The position numbers and the translations under genes are program-made. Shown here one piece after another: positions 22,425 to 35,973 of a stretch of DNA of 64,000 nucleotides. The notes under the pieces were generated by a model. The model saw only the letters and a list, made by a program, of their open reading frames with translations, did not search any database and had not been told where the DNA came from. The stretch is taken from positions 1 to 64,000 of the forward strand of contig NW_027590198.1 of NCBI RefSeq assembly GCF_964213995.1, written 5' to 3'. Source of the stretch: Mustelus asterias (lineage: Eukaryota). Within the stretch, counting starts at the first letter, position 1. Each line of letters starts with the position of its first letter.

Positions 22425-22810
22425 TGCAGGCTGATACCTGGGATGAAGGGATTGTTTTGTGAGGAAAGTTTGGGCCTGTATTGACTGGAGTTTAGAGGTG
22501 ATCATAGTATTGACATCAGATTGTGAGGTAGTGATTAGTATAGATGAAGAGAGGATGTTTCCAATGTTGGGGATTCTAGAATTAGTCGGCAGATTGTCAA
22601 AATAAAGGGTCCCCCATTTCTGATGGCGATGAGGAGAAATGTCTTCCCTCAGAGGGCCGTTAGTCTTTGCAATTCTCTTCCCCAGAGAGCAGTGGAGGCT
22701 GCATCATTAAATATACTCAAAATACAGAGAATTCTGATCGAAAAGGGAGTCAAGGGTGACAGGAAGAAAAGTGGAGTTAAGATCACAATCAGATCAGCCA
22801 TGATCTTGAT
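22425..22810 (+). mobile_element. Degenerate CR1 3' fragment
   Basis: MRRNVFPQRAVSLCNSLPQRAVEAASLNI peptide. Confidence 0.7.
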
Positions 22811-23249
22811 GGGGAGACGATGGCCTTGTGGTATTATTGCTGGACTATTAATTCAGAAACTCAGCTAATGTTCTGGGGACCCGGGTTTGAATCCTGCCAT
22901 AGAATCATAGAAACCCTACAGTACAGAAGGAGGCCATTCAGCCCATCGAGTCTGCACCGACAACAATCCCACCCCACAGCAGCTGGTGGAATTTGAATTC
23001 AATTAAAAATATCTGGAATTAAGAAATTCCTGATGACCATGAAACCCTTTCGATTGTCGGAAAAACCTATCTGGTTCACGAATGTCCTTCAGGGAATGAA
23101 ATCTGCCATCCTTAACTGGTCTGGCCTTCATGTGACTCCAAAGCCACCACAATGTGGTTGACTCTCAACTGCCCTCCAAGGGCTACTAGGGATGGGTAAT
23201 AAATGCTGGCCAGCCAGCAACATCCATGTCCCATGAATGAATTTAAAAA
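22811..23249 (+). mobile_element. Second tRNA-head SINE family, with a V-SINE tail fragment inside
   Basis: ggggagacgatggcc..gtggtatt..ggtttgaatcc head, body ctggttcac..gggaa.gaaatctgcc, A-rich end; other copies at 24236, 31536 and 51149. Confidence 0.75.
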
Positions 23250-23372
23250 ATTCAATTGAACAGCTTGGTGGGCTGAATTTCTAACTATTTCTTATGATCT
23301 GTCAGGAACATGAAATGGTGAGTGTCGATCAGCATTAATTAGCACCTTCAGGAGAATTGGGTAGTTTATATT

Positions 23373-23703
23373 ATAGAACTCATAGAAACCCTACAGTGCA
23401 GAAGGAGGCCATTCGGCCCATCGAGTCTGCACCGACCACAATCCCACCCAGGCCCTACCCCCACATATTTACCCGCTAATCCACGCATCTCAGAACTCTA
23501 AGGGGCAATTTTTAACCTGGCCAATCAACCTAACCCGCACATCTTTGGACTGTGGGAGGAAACCGGAGCACCCGGAGGAAACCCACGCAGACACGAGGAG
23601 AATGTGCAAACTCCACACAGACAGTGACCCGAGCCGGGAATCGAACCCGGGACCCTGGAGCTGTGAAGCAGCAGTGCTAACCACTGTGCTACCGTGCCGC
23701 CCC
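23373..23703 (-). mobile_element. V-SINE (HE1-like), near-consensus copy
   Basis: GGGGCGGCACGGTAGCACAGTGGTTAGCACTGC...GGTTCGATTCCCGG head, core and CR1-type tail. Confidence 0.9.
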
Positions 23704-24235
23704 TAAAGTTTAAAGTTTATTTATTAGTCTCAAGTAAGGCTTATATTAACACTGCAATTTCTCTTAAAGACATTGAGATCCTTTGCTCCCTCAGCTTGAC
23801 ACATTGATTTGTCTGGCTAAAAAGTCCCTTTCCTAATGTTCACAATTAAAGGGCTGGTTTCCTGAGGAGATGGCTGACATTTAAAAGAACAATAAATTAA
23901 TATAGGACAGAGATATGCCTAGTGTTGTTATATTGTAGATTTGGTATATTATTTATGGTTCTGTAACAAAGTACATTTATTATTATTTCTCATCTTGTAA
24001 TGTAACACTGAAACTATGTTATATATTTCCACTCATCGAGTCATTACAGCGCAGAAGGAGTCCATTCAGTAACTCGAATCCATGCCGACTCTCTGTAGAA
24101 CAATCCAGTCAGTCCCATTCCCTTTCTATATTCCCGTTCCCCTGCAACTTTATTTCCTTCATGTGCCCATCTAATTTCTGATATATATTAAAGGGGACAG
24201 TAAACTAATATCGGACAGAGACGTGTCTGATGTTG

Positions 24236-24625
24236 TTTTTAATTCATCCTTGGGACACGGGCATTGCCGGCTGGGCCAGGATTTATTGCCCATCCCTAAT
24301 TGCCCTTGAACTGAATAGCTCGCTGGGCCATTTCGGAGGATGGTTGAGAGTCAACCACAATGCTGTGGCTCTGGAGTCACATGTAGGCCAGACTGGGTAA
24401 GGACGGCAGATTTCCTTCCCTAAAGCACATTAATGAACCAAATGGGTTTTTCTGGTCAATCAACAATGATTTCATGGTCATCAGTAGATTCTTAGTTCTA
24501 GATTTTGTTTTTAAATTCAAATTCCACCATCTGCCGTGGCAGGATTCGAACCCGGGTCCCCAGAACATCAGCTGAGTTTCTGGATTAATAGTCTAGCGAT
24601 AATACCACGAGGCTAACAGCTCCCC
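24236..24625 (-). mobile_element. Second SINE family copy
   Basis: Reverse complement of the 22811-type element. Confidence 0.8.
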
Positions 24626-25918
24626 TGTTGTTATATGGTGCAGATTAGATATATTATTTATAGCTCTGTAATAAAATACACTTATTATATCTGGCTGTGT
24701 AATTTTGGACTGCAGCTATATTATATATTTCCAACAATCTCTTCCCTCAGAGAATTGTTAGTATCTAGATTTCTCTTCCAAAAGGGACCAGTGGAGGGAT
24801 TGAATATATTCAAGGATGAGTTAGACAGTTTTTGAATGACAAGGGAGTCAATAATTATTGGGAACAGGCTGGAAAATGGAGAGAAAGCTCAGATGAGGTA
24901 GGATTTCTTCACTCAAGGACGTGGTGATGTTTTGGATTCTCTACCCCAGAGGACTATAGAGCCTCAGTCATCAAGAATTTTCAAGAGAGGGATTGATAGG
25001 TTTCTAGATATTGAAGATATCGATGGATGTGGGGGACAGTGTGGGGAAAATAATGCAGAGGTGGATCAACCAACAATCTCAATGAATGGTTGAGCAGACT
25101 CGATGGGCCGAATGCTGACTGCAGCTCCTATTTGTTCTGATTTCTGTGCTGGACAGGAAGCAGTGAGCATGGATCTGTCAATCAGCCTCAATCAGCACCT
25201 TCAGGAGAATTGGGAGGGTGAATATTAGATACAGCAGAGTGAGAATGGAGGGAGAGTGTGTGGGATGGAGATTCACAGCTTTTGGGGAATGAGAGAGGAA
25301 AGAATGTTCATTAGAATCATGGAATTGCTGCATCTTATCAACCGTCCCTGAGCTTTCACAATGAATCCCACTTCTGAGGACACCCTTATCTCTGACTTGT
25401 CTGTACTGCTGGCAGTCTCACAAAGCAGCTGCCTGTGTGCTGATACGGGAGGCCCTGCTGGGCAGGTTTAATGCTCCATGACTGTGTCTTTAATGAATGC
25501 TCCATAGAAACTAGAAATGTAGATTTGAATTTCGATCGTATTCTGAATTGTGATGTTTTTTCTAAATTGACTTACAGGATATTAGACAAGGAAAAATCAG
25601 ACAGAAATCTCCAACATCACATCGAGATCTGACAGAGTGACTCAATTTCTTGGGACCTGAAGATTTGAATCTAGCAGGAGAAATGTTTGTTTGGCCTCTT
25701 GGCTTCAAAAGATTGTAAACATCGCTGTGACTCGAAATGCACTGAGATACACACACCCGAGTGAGAGTGTTCCAGTGCACTGAGTGTGGAAAGAGCTTTA
25801 ACCAGTTACACAGCCTGAAAATACATCGCAGCATTCACAGCGGGGAGAGACTGTACCCGTGTTCTGTGTGAGATTTAACTGATTGTTTAACCTGGAGAGT
25901 CACAAGGACATCCGCACC

Positions 25919-27124
25919 ATGGAGAAACCGTGGAAATGTGGGGACTGTGTAAAAGGATTCAGATATCCATCTGCACTGGAAACTCATCGACGCATTCACA
26001 CCGGGGAGAGACCATTCAGCTGCCCTGTGTGTGGGAAGGGTTTCACTGTTTCATCGAACCTGCGCACACACCATCTCACTCACACCAATGAGAGACCGTT
26101 TAAATGCTCTGACTGTGGGAGCGGATTCAAAAGCTCTGGAGAACTGGTGTCCCACCAGCGCATTCACACTGAGGAGAGACCGTTCAGCTGCTCTCACTGC
26201 TCAAAGAGATTTAAAACGTCATCCAGTCTGTGGGAACATCAGCGAGTTCACACTGGGGAGAGACCATTCACCTGCTCTGTGTGTGGGAAGGGATTCACTC
26301 AGTCATTCCACCTGCTCAGACACAATCTCACTCACACCAATGAGAGACTCTTTAAATGCTCTGACTGTGGAAAAGGATTCAAAAGCTCTGGTGAACTGGT
26401 ATCCCACCAGCGCACTCACACTGAGGAGAGACCGTTCAGCTGCTCTCACTGCTCAAAGCAGTTTAGAACATCATCCAACCTGCGGACACACCAGCGAGTT
26501 CACACCGGGGAAAGACCATTCACCTGCTCTGTGTGTGGGAAGGGATTCACTCATTCATCCAGCTTGCTGAAACACAAAGTCACTCACAGCAATGAGAGAC
26601 CCTTTAAATGCTCTGACTGTGGGAGCGGATTCAAAACCTCTAGAGAACTGGGGTCCCACCAGCGCATTCACACTGAGGAGAGACCATTCACCTGCTCTCA
26701 CTGCTCAAAGAGGTTTAGAACATCATTCAACCTCTGGAGACACCAGCGAGTTCACACTGGGGAGAGACCGTTCACCTGCTGTGTGTGTGGGAAGGGATTC
26801 AATCATTCATCGAACTTGCGCGCACACAATCTCACTCACACCAATGAAAGACCGTTTAAATGCTCTGACTGTGGGAGCGGATTCAAAAGCTCTCAGGAAC
26901 TGATGATCCACCAGCGCATTCACACTGAGGAGAGACCATTCAGCTGCTCTCACTGCACAAAGAGGTTTAGAACGTCATCCAACCTGCGGACACACCAGCG
27001 AGTTCACACTGGGGAGAGACCATTCCCTTGCTCTGTGTGTGGGAAGGGATTCACTCAGTCATCCAGCCTGAGGAACCACAAAGCCACTCACTCCAAGGAG
27101 AGCCCCTTTAAATGCTCTGCCTGA
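25919..27124 (+). CDS. C2H2 zinc-finger gene D (14 fingers, 3-finger periodicity)
   Basis: ORF from caccATGG at 25919 (frame open from 25883) to TGA 27122-27124, which replaces the second Cys of finger 15. Confidence 0.9.
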   Translation: MEKPWKCGDCVKGFRYPSALETHRRIHTGERPFSCPVCGKGFTVSSNLRTHHLTHTNERPFKCSDCGSGFKSSGELVSHQRIHTEERPFSCSHCSKRFKTSSSLWEHQRVHTGERPFTCSVCGKGFTQSFHLLRHNLTHTNERLFKCSDCGKGFKSSGELVSHQRTHTEERPFSCSHCSKQFRTSSNLRTHQRVHTGERPFTCSVCGKGFTHSSSLLKHKVTHSNERPFKCSDCGSGFKTSRELGSHQRIHTEERPFTCSHCSKRFRTSFNLWRHQRVHTGERPFTCCVCGKGFNHSSNLRAHNLTHTNERPFKCSDCGSGFKSSQELMIHQRIHTEERPFSCSHCTKRFRTSSNLRTHQRVHTGERPFPCSVCGKGFTQSSSLRNHKATHSKESPFKCSA

Positions 27125-27505
27125 GAGGCCGGCTTCAGAAGCTCTCAGGAACTGATGATCCCCGAGCACATTCACACCGGGGAGAGGCCGTTCAGCTGCT
27201 CTCACTGTTCAAGGAGGTTTAGAATATCATCAACACTGCTGAAACACCAGTGAGTTCACACCGGGGAGAAACCATTCACCTGCTCGGTGTGTGCGAAAGG
27301 ATTTACTCAGTTATCCAGCCTGCCCAGACACAACATCATCACCCCCAGGAGAGACCCTTTAAATGTGGGCGTGGCTTCAAAAGCTCTCGGGAACTAATGT
27401 CCCACCAGTGAGTTCACACCAGGCAGAGGCTGGTCACCTGCTCTGACTGGGAAGGGATTCACTCAGTCAGCAAACTTGGTGAAACACCAGTGAGTTCACA
27501 AGTGA
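27125..27505 (+). pseudogene. Decayed zinc fingers downstream of the stop of gene D
   Basis: Further HTGE-linked units with caccagTGAgttcac stops (CGA to TGA) and deletions. Confidence 0.8.
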
Positions 27506-27641
27506 TTACAGTTCTGGGATTATTCTTGTGAATCTTTCTTGCCCCTTCTCCAGTGCCTCTATTTCCTTTTTCTAAATGGAGATCACTAATAGAACGTACT
27601 ACAGTACAGCACAGGAACAGACCCTTCAGCCCACCATGTTG

Positions 27642-29762
27642 CAGAACCGTAGAACCATAGAAAATTACAGCTCAGAAACAGGCATTTTGGCCCTTCTTGT
27701 CTGTGCCGAACCATTTTTTGCCTAGTCCCACTGACCTGCACTTGGACCATATCCCTCCACACCCCTCTCATCCATGAACCCGTCCAAGTTTTTCTTAAAT
27801 GTTAAAAGTGACCCCGCATTTACCACTTTATCCGGCAGCTCATTCCACACTCCCACCACTCTCTGCGTGAAGAAGCCCCCCCTAATATTCCCTTTAAACT
27901 TTTCTCCTTTCACCCTTAACCCATGCCCTCTGGTTGTTTTTCTCCCCTAGCCTCAGTGGAAAAAGTCTGCTTGCATTCACTCTATCTGTACCCATCAAAA
28001 TCTTATACACCTCTATCAAATCTCCCCTCATTCTTCTACGCTCCAGGGAATAAAGTCCCAACCTATTCAATCTCTCTCTGTAACTCAGCTTCTCAAGTCC
28101 CGGCAACATCCTTGTGAACCTTCCCTGCACTCTTTCAACCTTATTTACATCCTTCCTGTAACGAGGTGACCAAAACTGTACACAATACTCTAAATTCGGC
28201 CTCACCAATGCCTTATATAACCTTACCATAACACTCCAACTTTTATACTCAATATTCCGATTTATAAAGGCCAATGTACCAAAGGCACTCTTTACGACCC
28301 TATCCACCTGTGACGTCACTTTTGGGGAATTCTGTACCTGTATTCCAAGATCCCTCTGTTCAACTGCACTCTTCAGAGTCCTACCATTTACCCTGTACGT
28401 TCTTCTTTGGTTTGTCCTTCCAAAGTGCAATATCTCACACTTGTCTGCGTTAAATTCCATTTGCCATTTTTCAGCCCATTTTTCTAGTTGGTCCAAATCC
28501 GTCTGCAAGCTTTGAAAACCTTCCTCACTGTCCACTACACCTCCAAATTTGCTGATCCAATTTACCACATTATCAGCCAGATCATTGATATAGATGACAA
28601 ACAACAATGGACCCAACACCGATCCCTGCGGCACACCACTAGTCACAGGCCTCCACACAGAGAAGCAATCCTCCACAACCACTCTCTGGCTTCTTCCATT
28701 GAGCCAGTGTCTAATCCAATTTACTACCTCCCCATGTATACCTAGCGACTGAACCTTCCTAACTAACCTCCCATGAGGGACCTTGTCAAAGGCCTTGCTG
28801 AAATCCAGGTAAACAACATCCACTGCCTTCCCTTCATCCACTTTCCTGGTAACCTCCTCGAAAAACTCTAATAGATTGGTCAAACATGACCTACCACGCA
28901 CAAAGCCATGTTGACTCTCCCTAATAAGTCCCTGTCTATCCAAATATTTGTAGATCCTATCCCTTATCACACCTTCCAATAACTTGCCCACCACCGACGT
29001 CAAACTTACTGGCCTATAATTTCCCAGATTTCTTTTGGAACCTTTTTTAAACAACAGAACCACATGAGCCACCCTCCAATCATCCGGCACCTCCCCCGTG
29101 AATACTGACATTTTAAATATGTCTGCCAGGGCCTCTGCAAGTTCAACACTAGCTTCCCTCAAGGTCCGCGGGAATACCCTGTCCAGTCCTGGGGATTTAT
29201 CCACTCTGATTTGCCTCAAGACAGCAAGCACCTCCTCCCCTTTAATCTGTAAAGGTTCCATGACCTCCCTACCAGTTTGCCCTATTTCCGTAGACTCCAT
29301 GCCCGTTTCCTTAGTAAATACGGATGCAGAAAACCCATTTAATATCTCCCCCATTTCTTTCGGTTCCATACATAGCCGACCACTCTGATCTTCAAGAGGA
29401 CCAATTTTATCCCTCACTATCCTTTTGCTCCTAACATACCTATAGAAGCTCTTTGGATTTTCCTTCACTCTGTCTGCCAAAGCAACCTCAAGTCTTCTTT
29501 TAGCCCTCCTGATTTCCCTCTTAAGTAGCTTCTTGCACTTTTTATACTCCTCAAACATCTAATCTGTTCCTCTGCTGCCTGTCCATTTCATACAACTCTC
29601 TCTTCCTCTTAATCAGTGTTACAATCTCCCTCGAGAACCAAGGTTCCTTATTCCTATTTACTTTGCCTTTAATCCTGACAGGAACATACAAACTCTGCAC
29701 TCTCAAAATTTCTCCTTTGAAGGCCTCCCACTTTCCATTTACATCCTTACCAGAGAACAGCC
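27642..29762 (-). mobile_element. CR1 LINE nested in an older CR1
   Basis: 554-aa RT ORF 27894-29558, (AGAACCAT)-type tail, TSD TGTTG at 27637-27641 and 29763-29767. Confidence 0.9.
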
Positions 29763-30900
29763 TGTTGTGTTGAACATGATGCTAAATTGAACTATTCCTT
29801 TCTGCCTGCCCTTGGTCCATATTCCTCTATTCCTTGCATATTCATGTGCTTATTTAAAACCCCCTTAAACGCCCCTATCGTATCTGCCTCCACCACCACT
29901 CCTAGCAGCGCATTCCAGACATCTACCACTCTCTGTGTAAAACCCTTACCTCTCACATCTCCTTTGAACTTTCCCCGTCTCACCTTCAGTGGATGCTCCC
30001 TGGTATTAGACATATCAACTCTGGGGGAAAAGATTCTATGTCTCTCATTTTATAGACTGCTATCAGGTCTCCCCTCACCCTCCACCGCTATCGAGAAAAC
30101 ACCCCTCGTTTGTCAGTCGCTCACACCCTCCAATCCAGGCAGCATCCTGGGAAACCTCTTCTGCACCCTCATCAAAGCCTCTGCATCCTTTCTGTAATGT
30201 TGCGACCAGAATTGAACGCAATATTCTAAGTGCGGCCCAAACAAAGATTTATAAAGCTGCAACATGGCATGCTGACTCTTGTACTCAATAAAGGCAAGCA
30301 TGCCATATGCCTTCTTTACCGACTAAATATTTGTGTGGTTAATTTCGGGGAGCTCTGGACTTGAACCCCAAGATCTCTCTGTACATTAACTGTACACTTA
30401 TCCTTAATATTTGATCTCCCAAAGTGCAGCACCTCACACTTGCCCGGATTAAAATCCATCTGCCATTTCTCCGCTCATATCTGCAGCTGATCTACATCCC
30501 ACTGTATCCTGTGACAACCTTCGACACTATCTACAACTCCATCTAGTTTTGTGTCGTCTGCAAGCTTACTAACCCACCCATCCATGTTTTCATCCAAGTC
30601 ATTTATATATATCACAAATAGAGCAGGTCCCAGTACGGATCCCTGCAGAACACCACTGGTCATGGACCTCCAGTCAGAAAAACACCCTCCACCACTACTC
30701 CCTGACTTCTATGGGCAAGTCAATTCTGAATCCAAGCGGCCAAGTCACCGTGAATCCCATGCATCTTAATCTTCTGGATGAGCCGACCATGAGGGACCTT
30801 GTCGAAAGCCTCACTAAAATCCATGTTCACAACATCCACTGCTCTACCCTCATCGATCACCTTCGTCACCCCCTCGATAAAATCGATCAAGTCAGTAAGA
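29763..30900 (-). mobile_element. Older CR1 LINE (its 3' tail is displaced to 27590-27641)
   Basis: Fragmented RT peptides ([28 protein letters not shown]). Confidence 0.85.
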
Positions 30901-31535
30901 TGTTGACGGTGCTCCCACTGCAGTCCTGTGATGAAAATATAGACTGGTTGGTGAAATGTAGATAACAGGTAGAATTGATATCTAATGAGGACTTTATACT
31001 TTAGAATTGAATACAGGGCTCATTGTTACTAACGGGGAAAGAAGGGTTAAAACCCTTACCCAGAACCCTTTTCACACACACGTGGACATCTCTGAATCTG
31101 ACACACACCAAATGGAACGTTACACAAGGGGCTGGAATTCACTGGAATTTCTTAACAACCTTTCAATAGAAATGTCCTGGTACCGACTGTGACAAAGGAC
31201 ACAACAGACAGCAAGAACCAGGAGGAACCTTTAACACAGAGAATGTTAATAACCTTGTTCAGGACACTGGTGCCAGGCACAGGAGGATCCCAGGAAAAAT
31301 GGAACATTTAATTTCTGTCTGTTTCACAATTCTAAATAACTGATTCTTTAACAAAGGAATGTTTAAAAACAGCATTGTGATATTCCAAGGTCAGTGTGTC
31401 TGGGAAAGGGGCACACTGATGTGTTTTTATTTTAAACAGGAGGATCCATTGAAAAGCAGCTCTGGACGATACGAGCACCTCCTGACCTACTTTCAATTCA
31501 TTTCAAATCACCCATCACTTTCCGTGGAATATTCT

Positions 31536-31885
31536 TTATTCTTTCCTGGGATGTGGACACTGCTGGCAAAGCCCCAGCACACGTTGCTCAGCTCCTAATT
31601 GCCCTTGAACGGAGTGACTTGCTCGACCATTTCAGAGGGACAGTTAAGATGCACCCACATCGCTGTGTGGGTCTGGATTCACATGTAGGCCAGACCGGGT
31701 AAGGATGGCAGATTTCCTTCCCTAATAGGGAGCATTAATAGGGTGAACCGGGCAGGTTTTTACAACAATCGATGATAGTTTCATGGTCACCGTTACTGAG
31801 ACTAACTTTATATAATTCCAGATTGATTCACTGAATTCAAATCCCACCAGCTGCCTGTCCCCGGATCCTTTGCTGGGTCTCTGCA
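31536..31885 (-). mobile_element. Second SINE family copy (diverged)
   Basis: cacatgtaggccagacc..ggcagatttccttcccta body. Confidence 0.7.
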
Positions 31886-31908
31886 TTACTCGGCCAATGA
31901 CACTCCCA

Positions 31909-31980
31909 CTGTGAACCAGCTGTGGGAGTGGGAGCTGTGAACCAGCTGTGGGAGCGGGAGCTGTGAACCAGCTGTGGGAC
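31909..31980 (+). repeat. 25-bp tandem repeat, 3 copies
   Basis: ctgtgaaccagctgtgggag(t/c)gggag repeated. Confidence 0.8.
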
Positions 31981-32540
31981 TAGAAGCCTCGAGGATCATG
32001 AGGGACCAGGGCTGTTCCGAATGTTTAAATCCCTCAGCAAGAAGGCAGTGAAGCTCAGGCTTGGACTGAGGAGTTCCACAGTTTTGAGACCTTGAAGGAA
32101 AGTTGGAGGGTTGTTCAGTCAAAAGTTAATGAAAAGACCCCCATGAAATCTTGGAAAATAGCTGGAATACTGAGGAGAATTAAAGTGAATTCTGGGGAGC
32201 TTTGACGTACCTTCCATATGTTCACAGGAACAGAACTGAATGAACCTTCAAGATATCGTTTAGAAGGGAAATCTTGGGGGTAGAAGTTAAAAAGTAGAAC
32301 TGAGTTTATAATGTAGTCTTTCTAAACTACAGTGTTCTGTTTGTCGTATTGGTTTTTAATTTTCTTTTGTTTTTCATATCCAATAAAGTTTGTTTTTGTT
32401 TACATGCATAGAATTTTGTGGCGTAATTCTTTGTTACTCACTGGGTGTTCAAATTTCTCTCTCAACAGTCCCAACCAGGATCATAACAATATGCAATAAC
32501 AATAATTCAAAACAAATCAAAGATCAAAATATCAAATGTC

Positions 32541-33876
32541 CCTTATTTTGTGTGGCTTAACCAGCTCTGCCTTCAGACCCTTTATTTAGACCATTTAGAA
32601 AGATGCGGATTAATCCGGGATAGTCAGCACGGATTCGTGAAGAGCAAGTCGTGCCTCACACATTTGATTGAATTTTTTGAGGAGGTAACTAAGTGTGTTG
32701 ATGAAGGTAGAGCAGTTGATGTCATATACATGGATTTTAGTAAGGCGTTTGATAAGATCCCCCACGGTCGGCTTATGATGAAAGTGAGGAGGTGTGAGAT
32801 AGAGGGAAAGTTGGCCGATTGGATAGGTAACTGGCTGTCTAATCGAAGACAGAGGGTGGTGGTGGATGGAAAATTTTCGGATTGGAGGCAGGTTGCTAGC
32901 GGAGTGCCACAGGGATCAGTGCTTGGTCCTCTGCTCTTTGTGATTTTTATTAATGACTTAGAGGAGGGGTTTGAAGGGTGGATCAGTAAATTTGGTGATG
33001 ACACCAAGATTGGTGGAGTAGTGGATGAGGTGGAGGGCTGTTGTCGGCTGCAAAGAGACATAGATAGGATGCAAAGCTGGGCTGAAAAATGGCAAATGGA
33101 GTTTAACCCTGATAAATGTGAGGTGATTCATTTTGGTAGGACTAATTTAACTGTGGATTACAGAGTCAAAGGTAGGGTTCTGAAGACTGTGGAGGAACAG
33201 AGAGATCTTGGGGTCCATATCCACAGATCTCTAAAGGTTGCCACTCAAGTGCTGTGAAGAAGGCCTATAGTGTGTTAGCTTTTATTAACAGGGGGTTGGA
33301 GTTTAAGAGCCGTGGGGTTATGCTGCAACTGTACAGGACCTTGGTGAGACCACATTTGGAATATTGTGTGCAGTTCTGGTCACCTCACTATAAGAAGGAT
33401 GTGGAAGCGCTGGAAAGAGTGCAGAGGAGATTTACCAGGATGCTGCCTGGTTTGGAGGGTAGGTCTTATGAGGAAAGGTTGAGGGAGCTAGGCCTGTTCT
33501 CTCTGGAGCGGAGGAGGCTGAGGGGAGACTAAATAGAGGTTTATAAAATGATGAAGGGGATAGAGTGAATGTTGAAAGACAATTTCCTCGGGTGGATGGA
33601 GCTATTACAAGGGGGCATAACTATAGGGTTCGTGGTGGGAGATATAGGAAGGATATCAGAGGTAGGTTCTTTACGCAGAGAGTGGTTGGGGTGTGGAATG
33701 GACTGCCTGCAGTGATAGTGGAGTCAGACACTTTAGGAACATTTAAGCGGTTATTGGATAGGCACATGGAGCACACCAGGATGATAGGGAGTGGGATAGC
33801 TTGATCTTGGTTTCAGATAAAGCTCGGCACAACATCGTGGGCCGAAGGGCCTGTTCTGTGCTGTACTGTTCTATGC
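32541..33876 (+). mobile_element. 5'-truncated CR1 LINE with small frameshifting deletions
   Basis: RT ORFs 32550-33257, 33254-33532 and 33565-33804, then a 3' UTR. Confidence 0.9.
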
Positions 33877-34069
33877 TGAATATTCTGTTTTGTGGAACGA
33901 TACATCACAGATGGAAACCATTTGGCACATCCTGCCCAGTCGGGCTGTCTTTAAGATCTGAATAATTAATCCCACAGCCCTGCTGGCAGAGTGAGAACAA
34001 TATCCATATACTGCAGCAACGCAGGAGGTGAATGGAAAATGTTTTCCAGTTGCATACCTCTCAGAGACA

Positions 34070-34420
34070 CTCACCCCTTGAAAGATAAATTGGCTTTATG
34101 TCACACTATCAGTAACCCCCACAGCTTGCCTCCTGGACTTGCTGAATCTCACTGGTTGTCCTGTCTGCAGATAATACACATCTCTTTAACCTGTGCTTAA
34201 TGCTCCCTCCACTCACATTGTCTGTATCTTTAAGACCTGGTTGGCTGTTGAGATTCACATTCTAATCAGTATTCTGTAAATTGATTTTGTGTCTCTGTGC
34301 CCTGTTTGGGAGCAGATTTCCACTCCAACTGATGAAGGAGCAGCGCTCTGAAAGCTAATGGCATTTGCTACCAAATAAACCTGTTGGACTTTAACCTGGT
34401 GTTGTTAAAACTCTCACTGT
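34070..34420 (+). mobile_element. Penelope-like element 3' end with hammerhead motif
   Basis: Reverse complement of 42290-42615; CTGATGA-A-GGAGC-agc-GCTCT-GAAA-GC-TA at about 34329-34357. Confidence 0.75.
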
Positions 34421-34749
34421 CCTTCAATTGTAACAGAATATGTGGCTGTATGTAGCTGCCTCGGCCATGGTCAACCCCAACACTGCCTTCTTAAACTGCT
34501 ACAATGCCTCAGGTGTAAGTACACCCATAAGGAGGGATTTCCAGCTACACATTCCAGATTTTCACTAACTATAGGTGGATAGCAGATTGATATATTCCAT
34601 TCAACCACACCCCCCCCAAGGTGAGTTATTCCAATTCCTTTATTGTCCAGGACAAGATATTTACAATATCGTTAAAACTGAAATTCAACAATCCCATTTG
34701 ATTTCAGGTATTAACATATTCTGTTAGTTTGTTCTTTATTGTCGATGTC

Positions 34750-35045
34750 AGGTTGGGGTTGTTCCTCTTGGAGCAAAGGAGGTTGAGGGGAGATTTGATA
34801 GAGGTGGACAAGATTCTGACAGGTTTAGATAAGGTGGACAAAGAAAAGCTGTTCCCATTCGCTGATGGAACAAGGACGAGGGGCGTCACCGATTTATGGT
34901 TTTGGGTCAGAGATGCAGGGGAGGGATGTGAGGAAGAAAATTTTGATGCAGCGAATGGTAATGACCTGGAACTCGCTGCCTACGAGGGAGGAGGAAGTGG
35001 AGACAATAAACAATTACAAAGGAAATTGGATGGGCATTTGAGGGG
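34750..35045 (+). mobile_element. CR1 3' fragment
   Basis: LGLFLLEQRRLRGDLIEVDKILTGLDKVDKEKLFP peptide. Confidence 0.75.
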
Positions 35046-35298
35046 GTTTCAAACAGAAATAGTGACTCTTAACTTCCTAACACCCTGTCACTCTGTGATC
35101 TGTGTGAAATTTGAAACCAGGTATTCGCAACAAGTCTCAAAGAGCATCAGCTCACTGGAGGCAAAGTCATGAGACCGGCCAGTCCAGCAGAAAGAAACCC
35201 TCCGACCCTCCCCATTGACCAACTGTGAGAATGAACAAAATGCAGTCCTGGCTGTAATTGAGAGCAGAAACAATAACAGCAGAATCCAACCCCTCGAA

Positions 35299-35973
35299 TC
35301 ACTTGTGAACTCGCTGGTGTCTCCGCAGGTGGGATGAAAGACTGAATCTCTTCTCACACACAGAGCAGGTGAACGGCCTCTCCCCAGTGTGAACTCGCTG
35401 GTGTATCCGCAGACTGGATGAATCACAGAATCCCTTCCCACACTGAGGGCAGGTGAACGGCCTCTCCCCAGTGTGAACACGATGGTGTTTGTGCAGGTGG
35501 GATGACTGAGTGAATCCCTTCCCACACTGAGAGCAGGTGAATGGCCTCTCCCCAGTGTGGACTCGCTGGTGTTTCTGCAGGTCATGTGACCGAGTGAACC
35601 CCTTCCCACACTGAGAGCAGGTGAATGGCCTCTCCCCAGAATGAATGTGCTCATGTGTCCGCAGGTTGGAAGGCCGAGTGAATCCCTTCCCACACTGAGA
35701 GCAGGTGAACAGCCTCTCCCCAGTGTGAACCCACTTGTGTGCCCGCAGGTTGGATGAACAAGCGAATCCCTTCCCACACTGAGGGCAGGTGAATGGCCTC
35801 TCCCCAGTGTGAGCTCGCTGGTGTGTCTGCAGGCTGGATGACTGAGTGAATCCCTCCCCACACTGAGAGCAGGTGAATGGTCTCTCCCCAGTGTGGCTGC
35901 GCTGATGAGCTTCCAGCTCTGATGGGGCTCTGGATCTCTTCCCACAGTCCCCACATTTCCATGGTTTCTCCAT
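35299..35973 (-). CDS. C2H2 zinc-finger gene E (8 fingers)
   Basis: [10 protein letters not shown]... from caccATGG at 35973 (frame open from 36009); 3' UTR nearly identical to that of gene A. Confidence 0.88.
   Translation of the reverse strand: MEKPWKCGDCGKRSRAPSELEAHQRSHTGERPFTCSQCGEGFTQSSSLQTHQRAHTGERPFTCPQCGKGFACSSNLRAHKWVHTGERLFTCSQCGKGFTRPSNLRTHEHIHSGERPFTCSQCGKGFTRSHDLQKHQRVHTGERPFTCSQCGKGFTQSSHLHKHHRVHTGERPFTCPQCGKGFCDSSSLRIHQRVHTGERPFTCSVCEKRFSLSSHLRRHQRVHK

Noticed and set aside
23640-23703. tRNA-like sequence with A and B boxes
   Set aside because: It is the SINE head, continuing into the SINE core; not a tRNA gene.
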